This document shows, in pieces, positions 13,517 to 26,045 of a stretch of DNA of 64,000 nt (within the stretch, counting starts at the first letter, position 1; each line of letters opens with the position of its first letter). Origin of the DNA: Octopus vulgaris (Eukaryota); the NCBI GenBank assembly GCA_951406725.2, contig OX597823.1, positions 111,662,001 to 111,726,000 on the forward strand. The letters are read 5' to 3'. The notes under the pieces are model-generated. The model was not told the DNA's origin, ran no database searches, and saw nothing but the letters and a program-made list of their open reading frames with translations. Both the position numbers and the translations under genes were made by a program.

Positions 13517-13863
13517 GCAGATAGGGTTATATGGATACACACACATATGCACATACACTCAGTTGTTTTAATAATGTTTGGCAAAGTGAGTCGTTTTTGT
13601 ATTTTATTATTACACCAATTTTTAAAAACCATGTGAATAGAGTGGAATTCTTGCATAATGTAATGGTAATAATCAAAATATTCCTTGATAAAGAGAATGC
13701 TGCTGAAACAGCTGTTGTGGATCCTTAAACTCCACTTGTGTTCTTTTATATATATATCAGGAATTTTATCCATCCTATATATATATATATATAAAGAAGT
13801 GTTACTTGCCATTATTAGTAGTATTAATTAGGTGGCTAGCAAGTTCACACCATTACAGGCACA

Positions 13864-14043
13864 ATATAAGGTAAATTTAGATTCAGTAGGGTATATAATG
13901 CCACTTGCTAAAATCAGAGCCAATGCCCTGAAAACTATTGTAAACTCACGAAGAAGATATACACGAGCATGGTTTTTGGAGCATTGGCTCTGATTTTAGC
14001 AAGTGATATCATATACCCTACTGAATCTAAATTTACCTTATAT
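13864..14043. repeat. TA-flanked inverted repeat (arms about 63-75 bp)
   Basis: atataaggtaaatttagattcagtagggtata...cagagccaatgc versus gcattggctctg...ctgaatctaaatttaccttatat. Confidence 0.8.
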
Positions 14044-14197
14044 ATATATATATATATTGGGTATTTTACCTGTCCTAGATATATATATACATATATATAT
14101 ATAATAATTTGAGGGAATATTATTCCTAACTTACAGGGAAAAATTCAATTTAGAAATACTAAATCAAATTTCACAAAATATAATATTTACTTATATA

Positions 14198-14499
14198 AAT
14201 TAGAAAAAAACACCTTTTATCAATTCAAAATGAACAATTAAATTCCACCATCTAGAAAATTACATATAATAGAAATATTAAAAATAAAATAGCAATAATA
14301 TACCAATGATTAAGTAAATTGCAAAATAATGATAATAACATTATTCTACCAAATTATACGTTTTTATTATTATTTTGAAATTTACTTAATCAACGGTATA
14401 TTATTGTTATTTTATTTTTAATATTTCTATTATATGTAATTTTCTAGATAGTGTAATTTAATTGTTCATTTTGAATTGATAAAAGGTGTTTTTTTCTAA

Positions 14500-14501
<2 letters not shown>
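14198..14501. repeat. TA-flanked inverted repeat (arms about 140 bp, spacer about 25 bp)
   Basis: aattagaaaaaaacaccttttatcaattcaaaatgaac... versus ...gttcattttgaattgataaaaggtgtttttttctaatt. Confidence 0.85.
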
Positions 14502-14563
<62 letters not shown>

Positions 14564-15322
14564 CATATATATATACATACGCATAGAGGAATTGAGAGAA
14601 CTCTTGCTTAGAATACCTGGCAGTATTCTTCCTTTTTTTTTAATCTCAGTGCCTAAATCTTACAAGGGTCTTACTTCCTCTTTTATATCACAAAGATCAA
14701 TAGACTACCAGATAAATACTGAAGTTAGTACTAATCTCCATATTTCTCTCAGCATCACCTTTATTGTACAACACGAAGGGCATGAAAGACAACTAATTCT
14801 ATTCCTCTCTTCAGAAATGGAGTGAAGGTCCAGCAATCCTTTCTCATAGGAAGAAGGAACCAATATACATTTGGAACCAATTAAGGACTTGCCAATGTCC
14901 AGTCCAACACAGAATGATAAAAAGATAATGAATGATATTTGTGGGGGCATGCATAGGCACATGCACACAAGCATACACATATGTGTGGATGCAATTGTAG
15001 GGTGGTTGGAGTATTTAGGAAGGTCATTTGGTCAGAGGAACCCCAAGTCATGAGGAAAATGTCATACTCCAACCTAAGTGAGTAGTAATAACCTCTCCTA
15101 ACCCATGCCAGCATGGAAAGAAGATGTAAAATTAAGATGATGAAGTTGATGATGATGATCACATATACCCGCACAAACACACACACGCACACACATGCAC
15201 ACATGCACACATGCAAACACACACACACACACATGTCCTACACCCTCCCCACAGACATAGGCCCGTATGTATATGTGGCGGTATAGGGAAATAGATATGT
15301 ATGTTTGTGTGTGAGTGTGCAT

Positions 15323-15635
15323 AAATCTCAAAATAAATGTGTATGTGTGTATGTATGTGTGTGTGTGTGTGTGTAAATCATAAAATAAATGTGTATGTGT
15401 GTGTATGTGTGTATGTGTGTGTGTGAGTGTACGTAAATCACGAAATAAATGTGTATGTGTGTATGTATGTGTGTGTGTATGTATGTGTGTGTGTGTGTGA
15501 GTGTGCGTAAATCACGAAATAAATGTGTACGTGTGTATGTATGTGTGTGTGAGTGTGTGTGTGTAAATCACTAAATAAATGTGTATGTGCGTGTATGTGT
15601 GTGTGTATGTGTGTGTAAATCACAAAATAAATGTT
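15323..15635 (+). repeat. Compound minisatellite: aaatcaNNaaataaat spacers between (GT)/(ATGT) tracts, about 6 units
   Basis: The spacer recurs near 15323, 15375, 15434, 15509, 15565 and 15617. Confidence 0.75.
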
Positions 15636-16455
15636 TCTAAGTATGTGTGTGTGTAGATGTGTATATGCATGTACATATGTGTATGTAAGAAAATAATGAA
15701 CCTAAAACATTAAAGGGAGAATTCAAAATGAAAAAAGGAAAAACAAAAAAGAAACGGCTGAATGAGATTAAGGTTTTATAGACTGACAATATTGGTTTGT
15801 AAAGGCAAAGCTAGAGCAACCTTAAAAGACTTCAGACTTCTTAACGCTAAATGGTGCTATATCATTGTAAATTATGAACATCGCCCCAACCAACCTCTTC
15901 TCCATCATATATCGAAGAACATACATTAAACTGGAGAAGAATATTTCAGAGAGAAACTGCATGCTGCAATGAACTGAACTTAAAAGCCACACCCTTCCAG
16001 CTTTTTGGAACATTGCAACTTGGAACTTTGCAGAACAGTATCGATGATGATGTATATTCTGTCAAGAAACAAACATTGGTGAATAGAATAGAAATTCTTT
16101 GAAAATTCTTTGATATTTTTCTTACAAAACATTGCTTTTCGCTAAATGTATTTACAACATTCTTAAATGGGATTAAAGCCAAAATCCATGGTCTGCCTGA
16201 CTCTACAATTAACTGATCCATGAACAAATAAACAATTACAGACAATTAAATATCAATGTTCTTCCATACCTCGGTCTTTATTGTTTCTGATCTTTACACA
16301 AGAAAATTCCTTTGAGAATTGCCAAACACAATTAATATTGGTTTTTCTCCCGCTACCATCACATTCTCTTTGTCTATCTTATAACATTTTATCTGCATCC
16401 TCCTTCTTGGAAATACTGCTCCTTTCTTCTTCTCCCCCACTTTGTGTGTGTATGT

Positions 16456-16491
<36 letters not shown>

Positions 16492-16496
16492 GTGTA

Positions 16497-16559
<63 letters not shown>

Positions 16560-16590
16560 TTATATATATATATATATATGTATATATATG

Positions 16591-16658
<68 letters not shown>

Positions 16659-16965
16659 CATATGTGTGTGTGTGTGTAGATATATGTGTACATATATATA
16701 TATATATACATATATGCACTCATATATATGTATATGTATTTGTATATATATGTATGTACTACGTATGTGTAGTTATAATATATGCATATTTATATAGAAT
16801 TTTATGTATTTATATTAATTTCTCTCATTTTCTTATTTCATTTCTTGGTTCACTTTATATTTCTGCTTCTGTCACTGTTTCATATATCTGTCTATCTATT
16901 AATCTATCCAAATGCTTGCATTACTCACTCTCTCTTCTCTCCCCCTCTCTCTCCCCCCATGTGTT

Positions 16966-17091
<126 letters not shown>

Positions 17092-18174
17092 CACATATAC
17101 ATGTATATCTATTTTTCTATGTATAATCTCCCCTCTCTTTCACTTTGTGTATGTGAATATATGTGTGTATATATATGTGTGTGTATGTATATATATATAT
17201 ATATATATATATAGCTATACACACACACACACATGCACCCATACACGCATACACACACACAGGCATATACTCACAACCACAGGAACTCACACATGTATAT
17301 GTAACCTATCACCAATCAACTAGATAATCTTCCCAGTTGTGTGTTTTCCCCTTCTTATTTTCTCTTCTTCCATTTGTTAATAGATTATTGTTCTTCCTTT
17401 ATTGAATCTTATTTTCTTTCCATCTCACATCCTCCTTCCATCTTTCCTTCTTTTTTTTTATTCCACCACCCACTTACCAATATCCCCCATCGTACTCTCC
17501 GCTAGAGTCGATATTGGAGAGAATCTTATATCCACAGTATTAAGATTTTGAACTGTTTCAATCAATGGTTGACACCACCTTATCCTGTGAGAAGTTGGTC
17601 AAAGAATTGGCCTTAACATGCAGTTTCATCTGATTAGCATTTATTTCACTATAATGACATTGAAGACTTCATTATGGACATAAGACAGCCTCTTTGATGA
17701 TGGAAAACTACCATATCACCATGCATACACATGCACGGATACATAATTACTTCAAACATACGCACACTTCCACTCACCCCTTTGTGTGTGTGTGTGCATA
17801 CAGATATATATATGATATATATGTATTTATATGTGTTTGAGAGTAAGTGTGTGGGATGGGTTGTTTAAACAAAAACGATTTTAGTGGAAGTCAATAAAAT
17901 GTTAGATTCCAACTTAAGGGATGAAAGTATGCTGAGCCATACATATTGCTGCTGTTGTATAACCCTATGTCAATCCTGGTTGAAGCAAGCTATGATTAGA
18001 TGCATTCCAGCCATGACCATTCCATCCTTTTAGAGGCATATTGTGTTACATTATTTAATCTTTCACTTTATCATAAGATAATAAGTTATAAGTCAGGGGT
18101 TGATTTGGTTGGCATTTCTAGCAGGTTGATACTTTCTCATTGGCTCACAGCCAAATGTGTATTGAAATACATTA

Positions 18175-18225
<51 letters not shown>

Positions 18226-18783
18226 GAGTGAGAGAGCAGTGCATGCCATCAAAGTGACACTAGGGTAAAATATACGAAGCCCACTGTACCCATCATGACT
18301 ACCCACATGATAAGGGTACACCAGGCACATGCACCACAACCATATGTGAGCGACAAAGTGGTCTCATATCAAGTTAAACAGCACATGACCTTGCAGGTGG
18401 GGCCCAGTTAGTATTTTCTTCAGGTTGAGTACCCCTTCCTCTCAAAAGGTCCCTGAATAAGGTTTGTTTTAAGGATGATGAACACAATGCCCATGTTTCC
18501 AGAGGTGAATTATTCAAACCCTAAAGAATATTTCTCAACACATGGCTATGATGCTCCTTCACTACTTCTGCTCGTGATCAGAGATGCACATATCGTTAGT
18601 CACTGAGGGACATGGTCAATTGGTTAAGGTCAAACAACTGACAAGCAAATCTGTGGTATTGAGCAGAATATTTGCTGTAGCCCATCTTTTATACCAAGAC
18701 AAAACAATGTACATGATAACACTTCCAATCAGTTAAGATCAGAAGCTATGAGAGCCACTGCCTGGTACTATATCAGAGCATTT
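18226..18783 (-). mobile_element. About 560-bp non-coding TAA-embedded element ('X'), copy 1
   Basis: Flanked by (TTA)n on both sides; similar to 21344-21901 and 60527-60973; no long ORF and no tRNA head. Strand inferred from the truncation polarity of copy 3. Confidence 0.8.
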
Positions 18784-18855
18784 ATTATTATTATTATTAT
18801 TATTATTATCATCATTATTATCATTATCATCATTATTATTATTATTATTATTATT

Positions 18856-19862
18856 CTATGTTTGACTTTTGCTTTATATTTGTACAAGTTGGCTCCAAGT
18901 CTCACCCAGAGACCTCAAGAGACAACAGGGTTGGAAGTTCATGTTGTTGTTATGCCTAGTGTGCCATATATTTGGGGGGTGGGGATGTTGTACTAATGAA
19001 TGTCTAAAAAAAAAAAAATGTTTTTTTTTTTTTTTTTTTTTTTTTGAACCGAAAATTATGGTTGTTTTAAACCTTGAGGTTACATAGAGAGTATTTTGCG
19101 TAGGATATGAGCAGTTCCCATGAGCACTATCTTTTGAACTTCTGCCATTTTTGGGTTTCCTGGTATCTGAGTTAGGTAGCTATCAGCCCCTTTTGCTATC
19201 ATTCCCAGGGCACCTATGACAACAGGTATTGTTTTAGTCTTCAGCTTCCACATTTTGCTGATTTCTATTTCAAGATCTTTATATTTGCTCAGTTTTTGGT
19301 AGGTCCTGACAGATACGTTTATATCGATTGGGACAGTCATATCAATGAGGAGGCATGTTCTTTGTTTGAAGTCTTTCAATATGATGTCTGGCCTATTTGC
19401 ATCTATCTTCCTGTCAGTTTGAATGGTGAAGTTCCAGAGGAGTGAGATGTGGTCATTTTCAAGCACTGGGGGTGGTTTGTGTTCCCACCAGTTTTTTTCA
19501 TGGGGCAAATCCAGGTTTTTACAGATTACCCAGTGAATATATTGTGCAGCTCTATCGTGCCTGTTGAGATACTCTGTAGGCGCTAGAAGACTGCACTTGG
19601 AGACCACATGGTCAATGGTTTCATTTTGTTGCTTGCATACACGACACGTTGGACTGCTTCTGATCTTTAATATGTTGGCCTGGTAGTTTCTTGTTGGTAG
19701 GCATTGATCTTGAGCTGCTATGATAAACCCCTCTGTTTCAGATTTTAAGCCAGAGGCCATTAGCCATTGATGGGTCAGGGCTTTGTCGATATCTGCATTA
19801 TTCGCTCTCTTTGGGTATTTGCCATAGAGAGGTTTTTCTTGCCATTTATTATTATTCTTGCC

Positions 19863-19867
<5 letters not shown>
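18856..19867 (-). mobile_element. R4/Dong-like RLE non-LTR retrotransposon, subfamily B, 5'-truncated
   Basis: ORF ending at 19080: CRVCKQQNETIDHVVSKC (CCHC knuckle), RHD, ANRPDI, LIDMT, KLSKYKDL, IPVVIGALG (RLE); 3' UTR 18856-19079; flanked by (TAA)n. Confidence 0.9.
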
Positions 19868-19901
<34 letters not shown>

Positions 19902-19917
19902 CATTATTATTATTATT

Positions 19918-21198
19918 CAGTAGTTTTATTTTTATAGCGTGCTTTCACTTCACTACCGAGCGCAGCTCTGTGTGCCTTGGGTATGTGCTGTGATTTGTTG
20001 TGATGCTCTGATGGTTATTGTATGGAAAGTGTTCTGCATAGGATGTGTGCAGTGCCTAGTAGTGCAATTTTCTGTATGTTATATGTGTTTGTAAGTCCTG
20101 GTGTTTTTGTTATGTATTTGTCTGAATATTTTTTTATCATGCCTAATGCACCTACTATGATATGAATTGTTTCTGTTTTCAGGTTCCACATTCTAGTTAC
20201 CTCTATTTCCAGGTCTTTGTATTTTGAGAGTTTCTCCATTTCTTTTAGAGACACGTTGTTATCTGCCGGTATTGATACATCAATTAGAAAGCATTTTTTT
20301 TCTTCATGATCTCTGACAACTATATCTGGTCTGTTGGCCTTAATTTCTCTATCTGTGTGTATCGGCATATCCCAGAGTATGGTTGCTTTCTCGTTTTCTG
20401 TGACCTTTTCTGGTGTGTGCCTATACCATCTTTTTTCTGTTGTTATTCCATAATGTTGGCATAGCTTCCAATGTATGTAGGTTCCAACTCTGTCATGTCT
20501 GTGAATATATTCCTTCTTAGCCAGGACTGGGCAGCTAGAGATAATATGATTTATTGTTTCTTGTCCATCTCCACATATTCTGCAGTTACTTGTAATATTT
20601 CTTTTCATTACATGTTTTTGGTAATTTCTGGTGGGGAGGCTTTGGTCTTGTGCTGTAATTAAAAATCCCTCTGTTTCTGCTTTGAGTCCTGAGCTTCTCA
20701 ACCATTGCTGGGATTTTTCTTTGTCTATTTCTTTTGCGTTTAGTTTAGTGCAGTATTTACCATGAAGGGGCTTTTCTTGCCATCGTTTTATCATGGCTCG
20801 TTGCTGTTCTATTTTTAGTTTGGATTTCATTTGTTTTATAGCTTTTGTTGTTTCTTCATCATCTTCTTCTTCTTCTTTGTGTTTATTAGGTGGTATGATT
20901 TCTTGTTTGTATTTGTCAGCTTCCTTAAATACTGAGAACAGTTTTTTGTTTTGCTCGTGTTTTGCTGCTATCTGGATCAGTTTTCCTTCCTTCTGAAGTA
21001 GGTATTTTTGCAGTCCTATGGTGGTTATTTTATAGTAGTTTTCCAGCTGTATAAGGCCTCTACCACCTTCTATACGTTGTATATATAGTCTTTCTATGTC
21101 AGATTTTGGGTGATGCATCCTAGATCCTGTCAGTATTTTTCTTGTTTTCCTATCTATTTTGGACAGTTCATTTCGTGTCCAGTTAAGGATATTGTAGC
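19918..21198 (-). mobile_element. R4/Dong-like RLE retrotransposon, subfamily A, 5'-truncated with an open frame
   Basis: ORF 20015..21118 (frame open upstream to about 21198): LNWTRNELSKIDRKTRKILT, HPKSDIERLY..GGRGL, CRICGDGQETINHIISSC, RHD, RPDIVV, IDVS, KLSKYKDL. Confidence 0.92.
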
Positions 21199-21343
21199 TA
21201 TTATTATTATTATTGTTATTATTATTATCATTATTATTATTATTATTGTTATTATTATTATTATCATTATTATTATTATTATTATCATTATTATTATCAT
21301 TATTATTATTATTATTATCATTATTATTATTATTATTATCATT

Positions 21344-21901
21344 GAGTGAGAGAGCAGTTCATGCCATCAAAGTGACACTGGGGTAAAATATACGAAGCCC
21401 AATATACCCATCATGACTACCTGTCTGATAAGGGTACACCAGGCACATGCATCACAACCATATGTGTGCGACATGGTGATCTCATATCAAGATAGACAGT
21501 GCATGACCTTGCAGGTGGGGCCCAGTTAGAATTTTCTTCAGGTTGAGTAGCCCATCCCGCTCAAAAGGACCCTGAATAAGGGTTGTTTAAGGATGTTGAA
21601 AGAACCACCCATGTTTCCAGAGGTGAATTATTCAAACCCCAAAGAATCCCTCTCAACACATGGCTATGATGCTCCCCCACTACTTCTGCTCGTGATCAGA
21701 GATGCACATATCGTCAGCCACTAAGGGGCATGATCAACTGGTTAAGGTCAAACAACTGATAAGCAAATCTGTGGTATTGAGCAGAATATTTGCTGTAGCC
21801 CATCTTTTATACCAAGACAAAACAATGTACATGATAACACTTCCAATCAGTTAAGATCAGAAGCCATGAGAGCCACTGCCTGGTACTGCATCAGGGCATT
21901 T
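21344..21901 (-). mobile_element. Element X, copy 2
   Basis: Same two ends as copy 1 (gagtgagagagcagt ... gcctggtactgcatcagggcatt), between (TTA)n tracts. Confidence 0.8.
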
Positions 21902-21930
21902 ATTATTATTATTATTATTATTTTTTTATT

Positions 21931-22596
21931 TCTTCTTTCAAATTTGCTTCCATTTCTTGCCGAGTGTCTTCCCGACTCCTAGGGCAAAGAAACTCATAGT
22001 ATACATTGGTAGGCCATTAAACCAAACTCAGTAGTTCGTTCATTTTTTTAAATTTTTTTTTTAAAGTTAAATTAAAATACATGAGCAGCAACAGTTCTCA
22101 CATCGACAATGCTCTTCTCAATACGTGTGATGTACCAGTTAAGACAATCTTTTGCACTTCTTGCAGGGATGGTAAGCCAGGGATCATTCTCATATAATTT
22201 TCGCTTCCCTTCTTGATCATTCCTAGTGCTCCTACGATCACTGGTATTGTAACCGCCTTGAGATGCCACATTTTCTCAATTTCAATGAGTAGGTCTTTAT
22301 ATTTTCTGAGCTTGTCAAACTCTTTCGCTGAGATATTATGATCACAGGGGATGCTCATGTCGATCAATAAGCAAACTTTATTGTTTTGGTCTTTCACAAC
22401 AATATCTGGTTTATTGGCTTTGATGGTTCGGTCTGTATGTATTGGAAAGTCCCACAGAATGGTTACATTTTCTCCTTTAGTTACAGCCTCAGGGTGGTGA
22501 TTATACCACTTGTCGGCAGTTTTGATATTGTAATGCCGACTTATTAGCCAGTGGAGATATTGGCCAACTCTGTCATGTCTTAATTTTTTTGTCTTA

Positions 22597-22600
<4 letters not shown>
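21931..22600 (-). mobile_element. R4/Dong-like RLE retrotransposon, subfamily C, 5'-truncated
   Basis: RHDRVGQYLHW...ILWDFPIHTDRTIKANKPDIVVKD..LLIDMS..KLRKYKDL..IPVIVGALG, stop at 22098; distinct 3' UTR. Confidence 0.88.
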
Positions 22601-22644
<44 letters not shown>

Positions 22645-22703
22645 CATTATTATTATTATTATTGTTATTATTATTATTATTATTGTTGTTGTTGTTATTG
22701 CTA

Positions 22704-22758
<55 letters not shown>

Positions 22759-22760
<2 letters not shown>

Positions 22761-23200
22761 GGTTGTGAGCTGGAAGAATCATTAGCCTGCCAGGCAAAAT
22801 GCTTAGGACCATTTCGTCTGTCCTTGCCTTCTGTGTTCAAATTGCATCGTGATTGACTTGGCCTTTCGTCCTTTCAGGGTCAATAGATCAAGAACCAGTG
22901 AAGCGCTGGCATCGATGTAATCAACTAGTCCCCTCCCCCAAAATTTCAGGCCTTAAGCGTTTAGTAGAAAGGATCGTCATCATCATCATCATCAGCAACA
23001 CCATCGTCAGCATCATTAAGGCAGTGAGCTGGAAGAATAGTTAGAAATTCAAGCAAAATGCCTAGCAACTGAGTTCAAATTCTGCCATGGTCGACCATGA
23101 CATTCATTCTTTCAGATTTGATAAAATAGTATCAGCTGAGCTCTGGGGTCAATGTAATCAAGATAAGCTGCTTCAAATTTGTAGGCCTAGTGCCCAAACT
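22759..23200 (+). mobile_element. Two degenerate SINE family 2 copies
   Basis: ggttgtgagctggaagaatcattagc...gttcaaatt...ctttcgtcctttcagggtcaata, and a second head aaggcagtgagctggaagaatagttag. Confidence 0.65.
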
Positions 23201-23279
23201 CGAAACTATTGCTGTTGCTTTTGCTGCTGCTGTTGTTGTTGTTGTTGTTGTTGCTGCTGCTGCTGCTACTGTTATTTAT

Positions 23280-23725
23280 TCTTAATCTGCATGTTTGCTA
23301 CTGTCACTTGCCGAGACACACCCAACGTCCTGAGGCAAGTGAAGGATAACAGATGCTACAGCTTGACTTAAAGCTTGACGAAGGCAATTGGCAGGGCCAG
23401 TAGTGAAATTGGTGCCCCAGCATGGCCACAGCCTTCGGGCTAAAACATTTTAAAGGATTTTAAGGATTTAATACAACACAGACATTTAAAGTGATAGGGT
23501 TTTCCTGAGGATGTGGGCAGTACTTGTCAGTACAGTCTTTTGGATTTTTCTGAGAGATGGTTCTCCTGGGATGTCAGCTAGATGTTTCTGTCATCCCTTT
23601 TTCATCAGGGACAGTTCTTCCTTTAAGATGCCACATCCTTCATATTTCAGTTTCCAGGTCTTTATATTTACTTAATTTGTCAAATTTCTTAACAGATATA
23701 TTTTCATTAGTGGAAGCACTTACAT

Positions 23726-23771
<46 letters not shown>

Positions 23772-23797
23772 CACTACCACCACCACCACCACTACCA

Positions 23798-23860
<63 letters not shown>

Positions 23861-24485
23861 TCACCACCACCACCACTACTACTACTGCTGCTGCTACTAC
23901 TGCTACTACTGCTGCTACTGCTGCTGCTACTGCTGTTGCTACTGCTGCTGCTACTGCTGCTGCTGCTAACAACATCAACAATGGCAAAAATGCAATTCTT
24001 GTAATTAGTCCAGTTTCATTACAGAAACTACCAAGTTCGTTGCTAATGGCATCTCGAGCGTCTATAACTTTCAGGGATTACTTTTGCAGAAACCTTCTCG
24101 TATTCATGTTTTCCTTTGCTAAGTCTTGCTACACTGTTGTTTTCTCCTGTTCATTAACCTCTTCGTTCATATCAGCAGACATAGCCACGTTCCTGATGAA
24201 ACACCCTTATGACCCTTTTATCCAGAAGGATAATATCTGGTCAGCTTGCTTGAATTTCATGGTTAGTTTGTCCAGTAAAGACTCATAAGATTTTAAGCTA
24301 GTCGTTATCTGACACACTTCTTGGTTGGTTTTGCTACCATTTTCCACTTACAACAACCCCACTTTCTGTAATACATCCCAGTGCAGTACCTTGATTACAC
24401 AAATGCGTCTGCCTCTATATCCCTTCTGCCCCAAAGGACTACAAAAACCTTTGGGTACAATGGACTCATCTTTCTGGTTATACAT
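23280..24485 (-). pseudogene. Two older, degraded R4/Dong-like fragments (D about 23280-23727, E about 23990-24485)
   Basis: D: DVSASTNENISVKKFDKLSKYKDLETEI plus a 3' UTR similar to subfamily C; E: VIKVLHWDVLQK and PDIILLDK relics with stops; separated by (CTA)/(GCT) tracts. Confidence 0.65.
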
Positions 24486-24489
24486 TTTT

Positions 24490-24711
24490 TTATTCTTTTA
24501 GTTGTTTCAATCATTTGACTGTAGCCATGCTGGAGCACTGCCTTTAGTTGAAACAAATCGACCCCAGGACTTCTTTTTTGTAAGCCTAGTACTTATTATA
24601 TAGGTCTGTTTTGCTGAACTGCTAAGTTATGGGAATGTAAACACACCAACATCAGTCATCAAGCGATGTTGGGGGTCAAACACAGACACACACACAGACA
24701 CACACACACGT

Positions 24712-24744
<33 letters not shown>

Positions 24745-24915
24745 TATATATATACGACAGGCTTTTTTCTGTTTCCCTCTACCAAATCCACTTACAAGGC
24801 TTTGGTCAGCCGAAGGCTTTAGTAGAAGACACTTGCCCAAGGTGTCACGCAGTGTGACTGAACCTGGAGCCATGTGGCTTGTAAGCATGGTACTTACCAC
24901 ACAGCCACACCTGTG
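24490..24915 (-). mobile_element. SINE family 1
   Basis: Reverse complement of the family 1 pattern (tgtttcaatcatttgactg...accacacagccacacctg). Confidence 0.85.
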
Positions 24916-25309
24916 CTTAGTCCTTTTTCAAACCCTTTTTCTTTGCAGTTCTATTTGTTCTTGCCTTAATGACATTCACTGATAATGACTGGTGCTAAGC
25001 AGCCATTAACAAGCCCTTCCAATTCTTTCTTGAGTTTTCCATTCTCCAACGATAATCAAGACCCATCTGCTGCAATATCTTATATTTGTCCTGGGTCTAA
25101 TTATAAAATACATCTGAGCGTAGTTTCAATGTGGGGAAAATGAAGTTACTCTTATTCACAATTGACTCCAGGTAACCCTTGGGGAAGATGTATTCCCTGT
25201 TAACCCACCCTGAGCCCATGAAGTACTGGACTGACATCTGGCAGGGTTAAGTCAATCTCATAAGGAGGGGATGCCCACTTGAGTCTTGGTCAGCAACCCC
25301 TCTGTTCTG

Positions 25310-25512
25310 TGAGCTGGCAGAATCATTAGCACATTAGACAAATGCTCAGTGACATGTCCTCTGGCTTTACATTCTGAGTTCAAATTTCACCAGTGTCAAC
25401 TTTAACTTTTATCCTCTTCGAGTCGATAAAAGAAGTACCAGGTGAACACTGGGCCTGATGTAATAATTAGACCCCTCCTCCAAAATTCAGGCCTTGTGCC
25501 TATAACAGAAAG
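25310..25512 (+). mobile_element. SINE family 2 (short-tail variant)
   Basis: gagctggcagaatcattagc...gagttcaaatt...gagtcgataaaagaagtaccag...aattcaggccttgtgcctataacagaaag. Confidence 0.7.
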
Positions 25513-26045
25513 ACTTGTCAGTGTAGAATGACTCAGTGGCCACAGCAGCATCGTTGTTGTTGCTGAGTCCTAATTTCAGGGTCTTGATTGCGTTTTTCTG
25601 AAATAGCATTTATTTCGTGTCAAACTAAATGGCTAGAAACTGGACAATCATAGATCCTTTGTTTTAATTCCTCATATAGATGCTCTCTTCTAGTAGTACG
25701 GTTCTTTGCCAATTTGACATAACATAATTGATATATCATGTTAATACTGAAGCTGCTATATATTAACATACATGCATGGAATGGATGGGCATGGCTGTAT
25801 TGTTGAGAAATTCAATTCTCATTCACACAGTTTCAGGCTTAATCCCACAATTTGGCATTTTGGGCAAGTGTTTTATACTATGGCACTGAATCAACCCAAG
25901 CCTTTTGAGTGGATTTGGTACACAGAAACTCAAAGAAACCTGTTGTGTAATACATATGTATGAATGTATGTATGTGTGTGTGTGTGTATGTGTGTGTGTG
26001 TGTATGTGTGTGTATGTATGCATATGTAAGAATGTAGGTGAGTGC

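Noticed and set aside
15323-15635. Repeat-spacer appearance resembling a CRISPR array
   Set aside because: The spacers are GT microsatellite, the context is eukaryotic and there are no cas genes.
15780-16280. Non-repetitive stretch that might be decayed coding sequence (also 40300-40620 and 63000-63480)
   Set aside because: No motif I could assign with confidence; probably old transposon debris.
21490-21600. Possible HDV-like ribozyme inside element X (minus strand, ...ttctaactgggcccc)
   Set aside because: Only one helix could be assigned; I could not build the nested double pseudoknot by eye.
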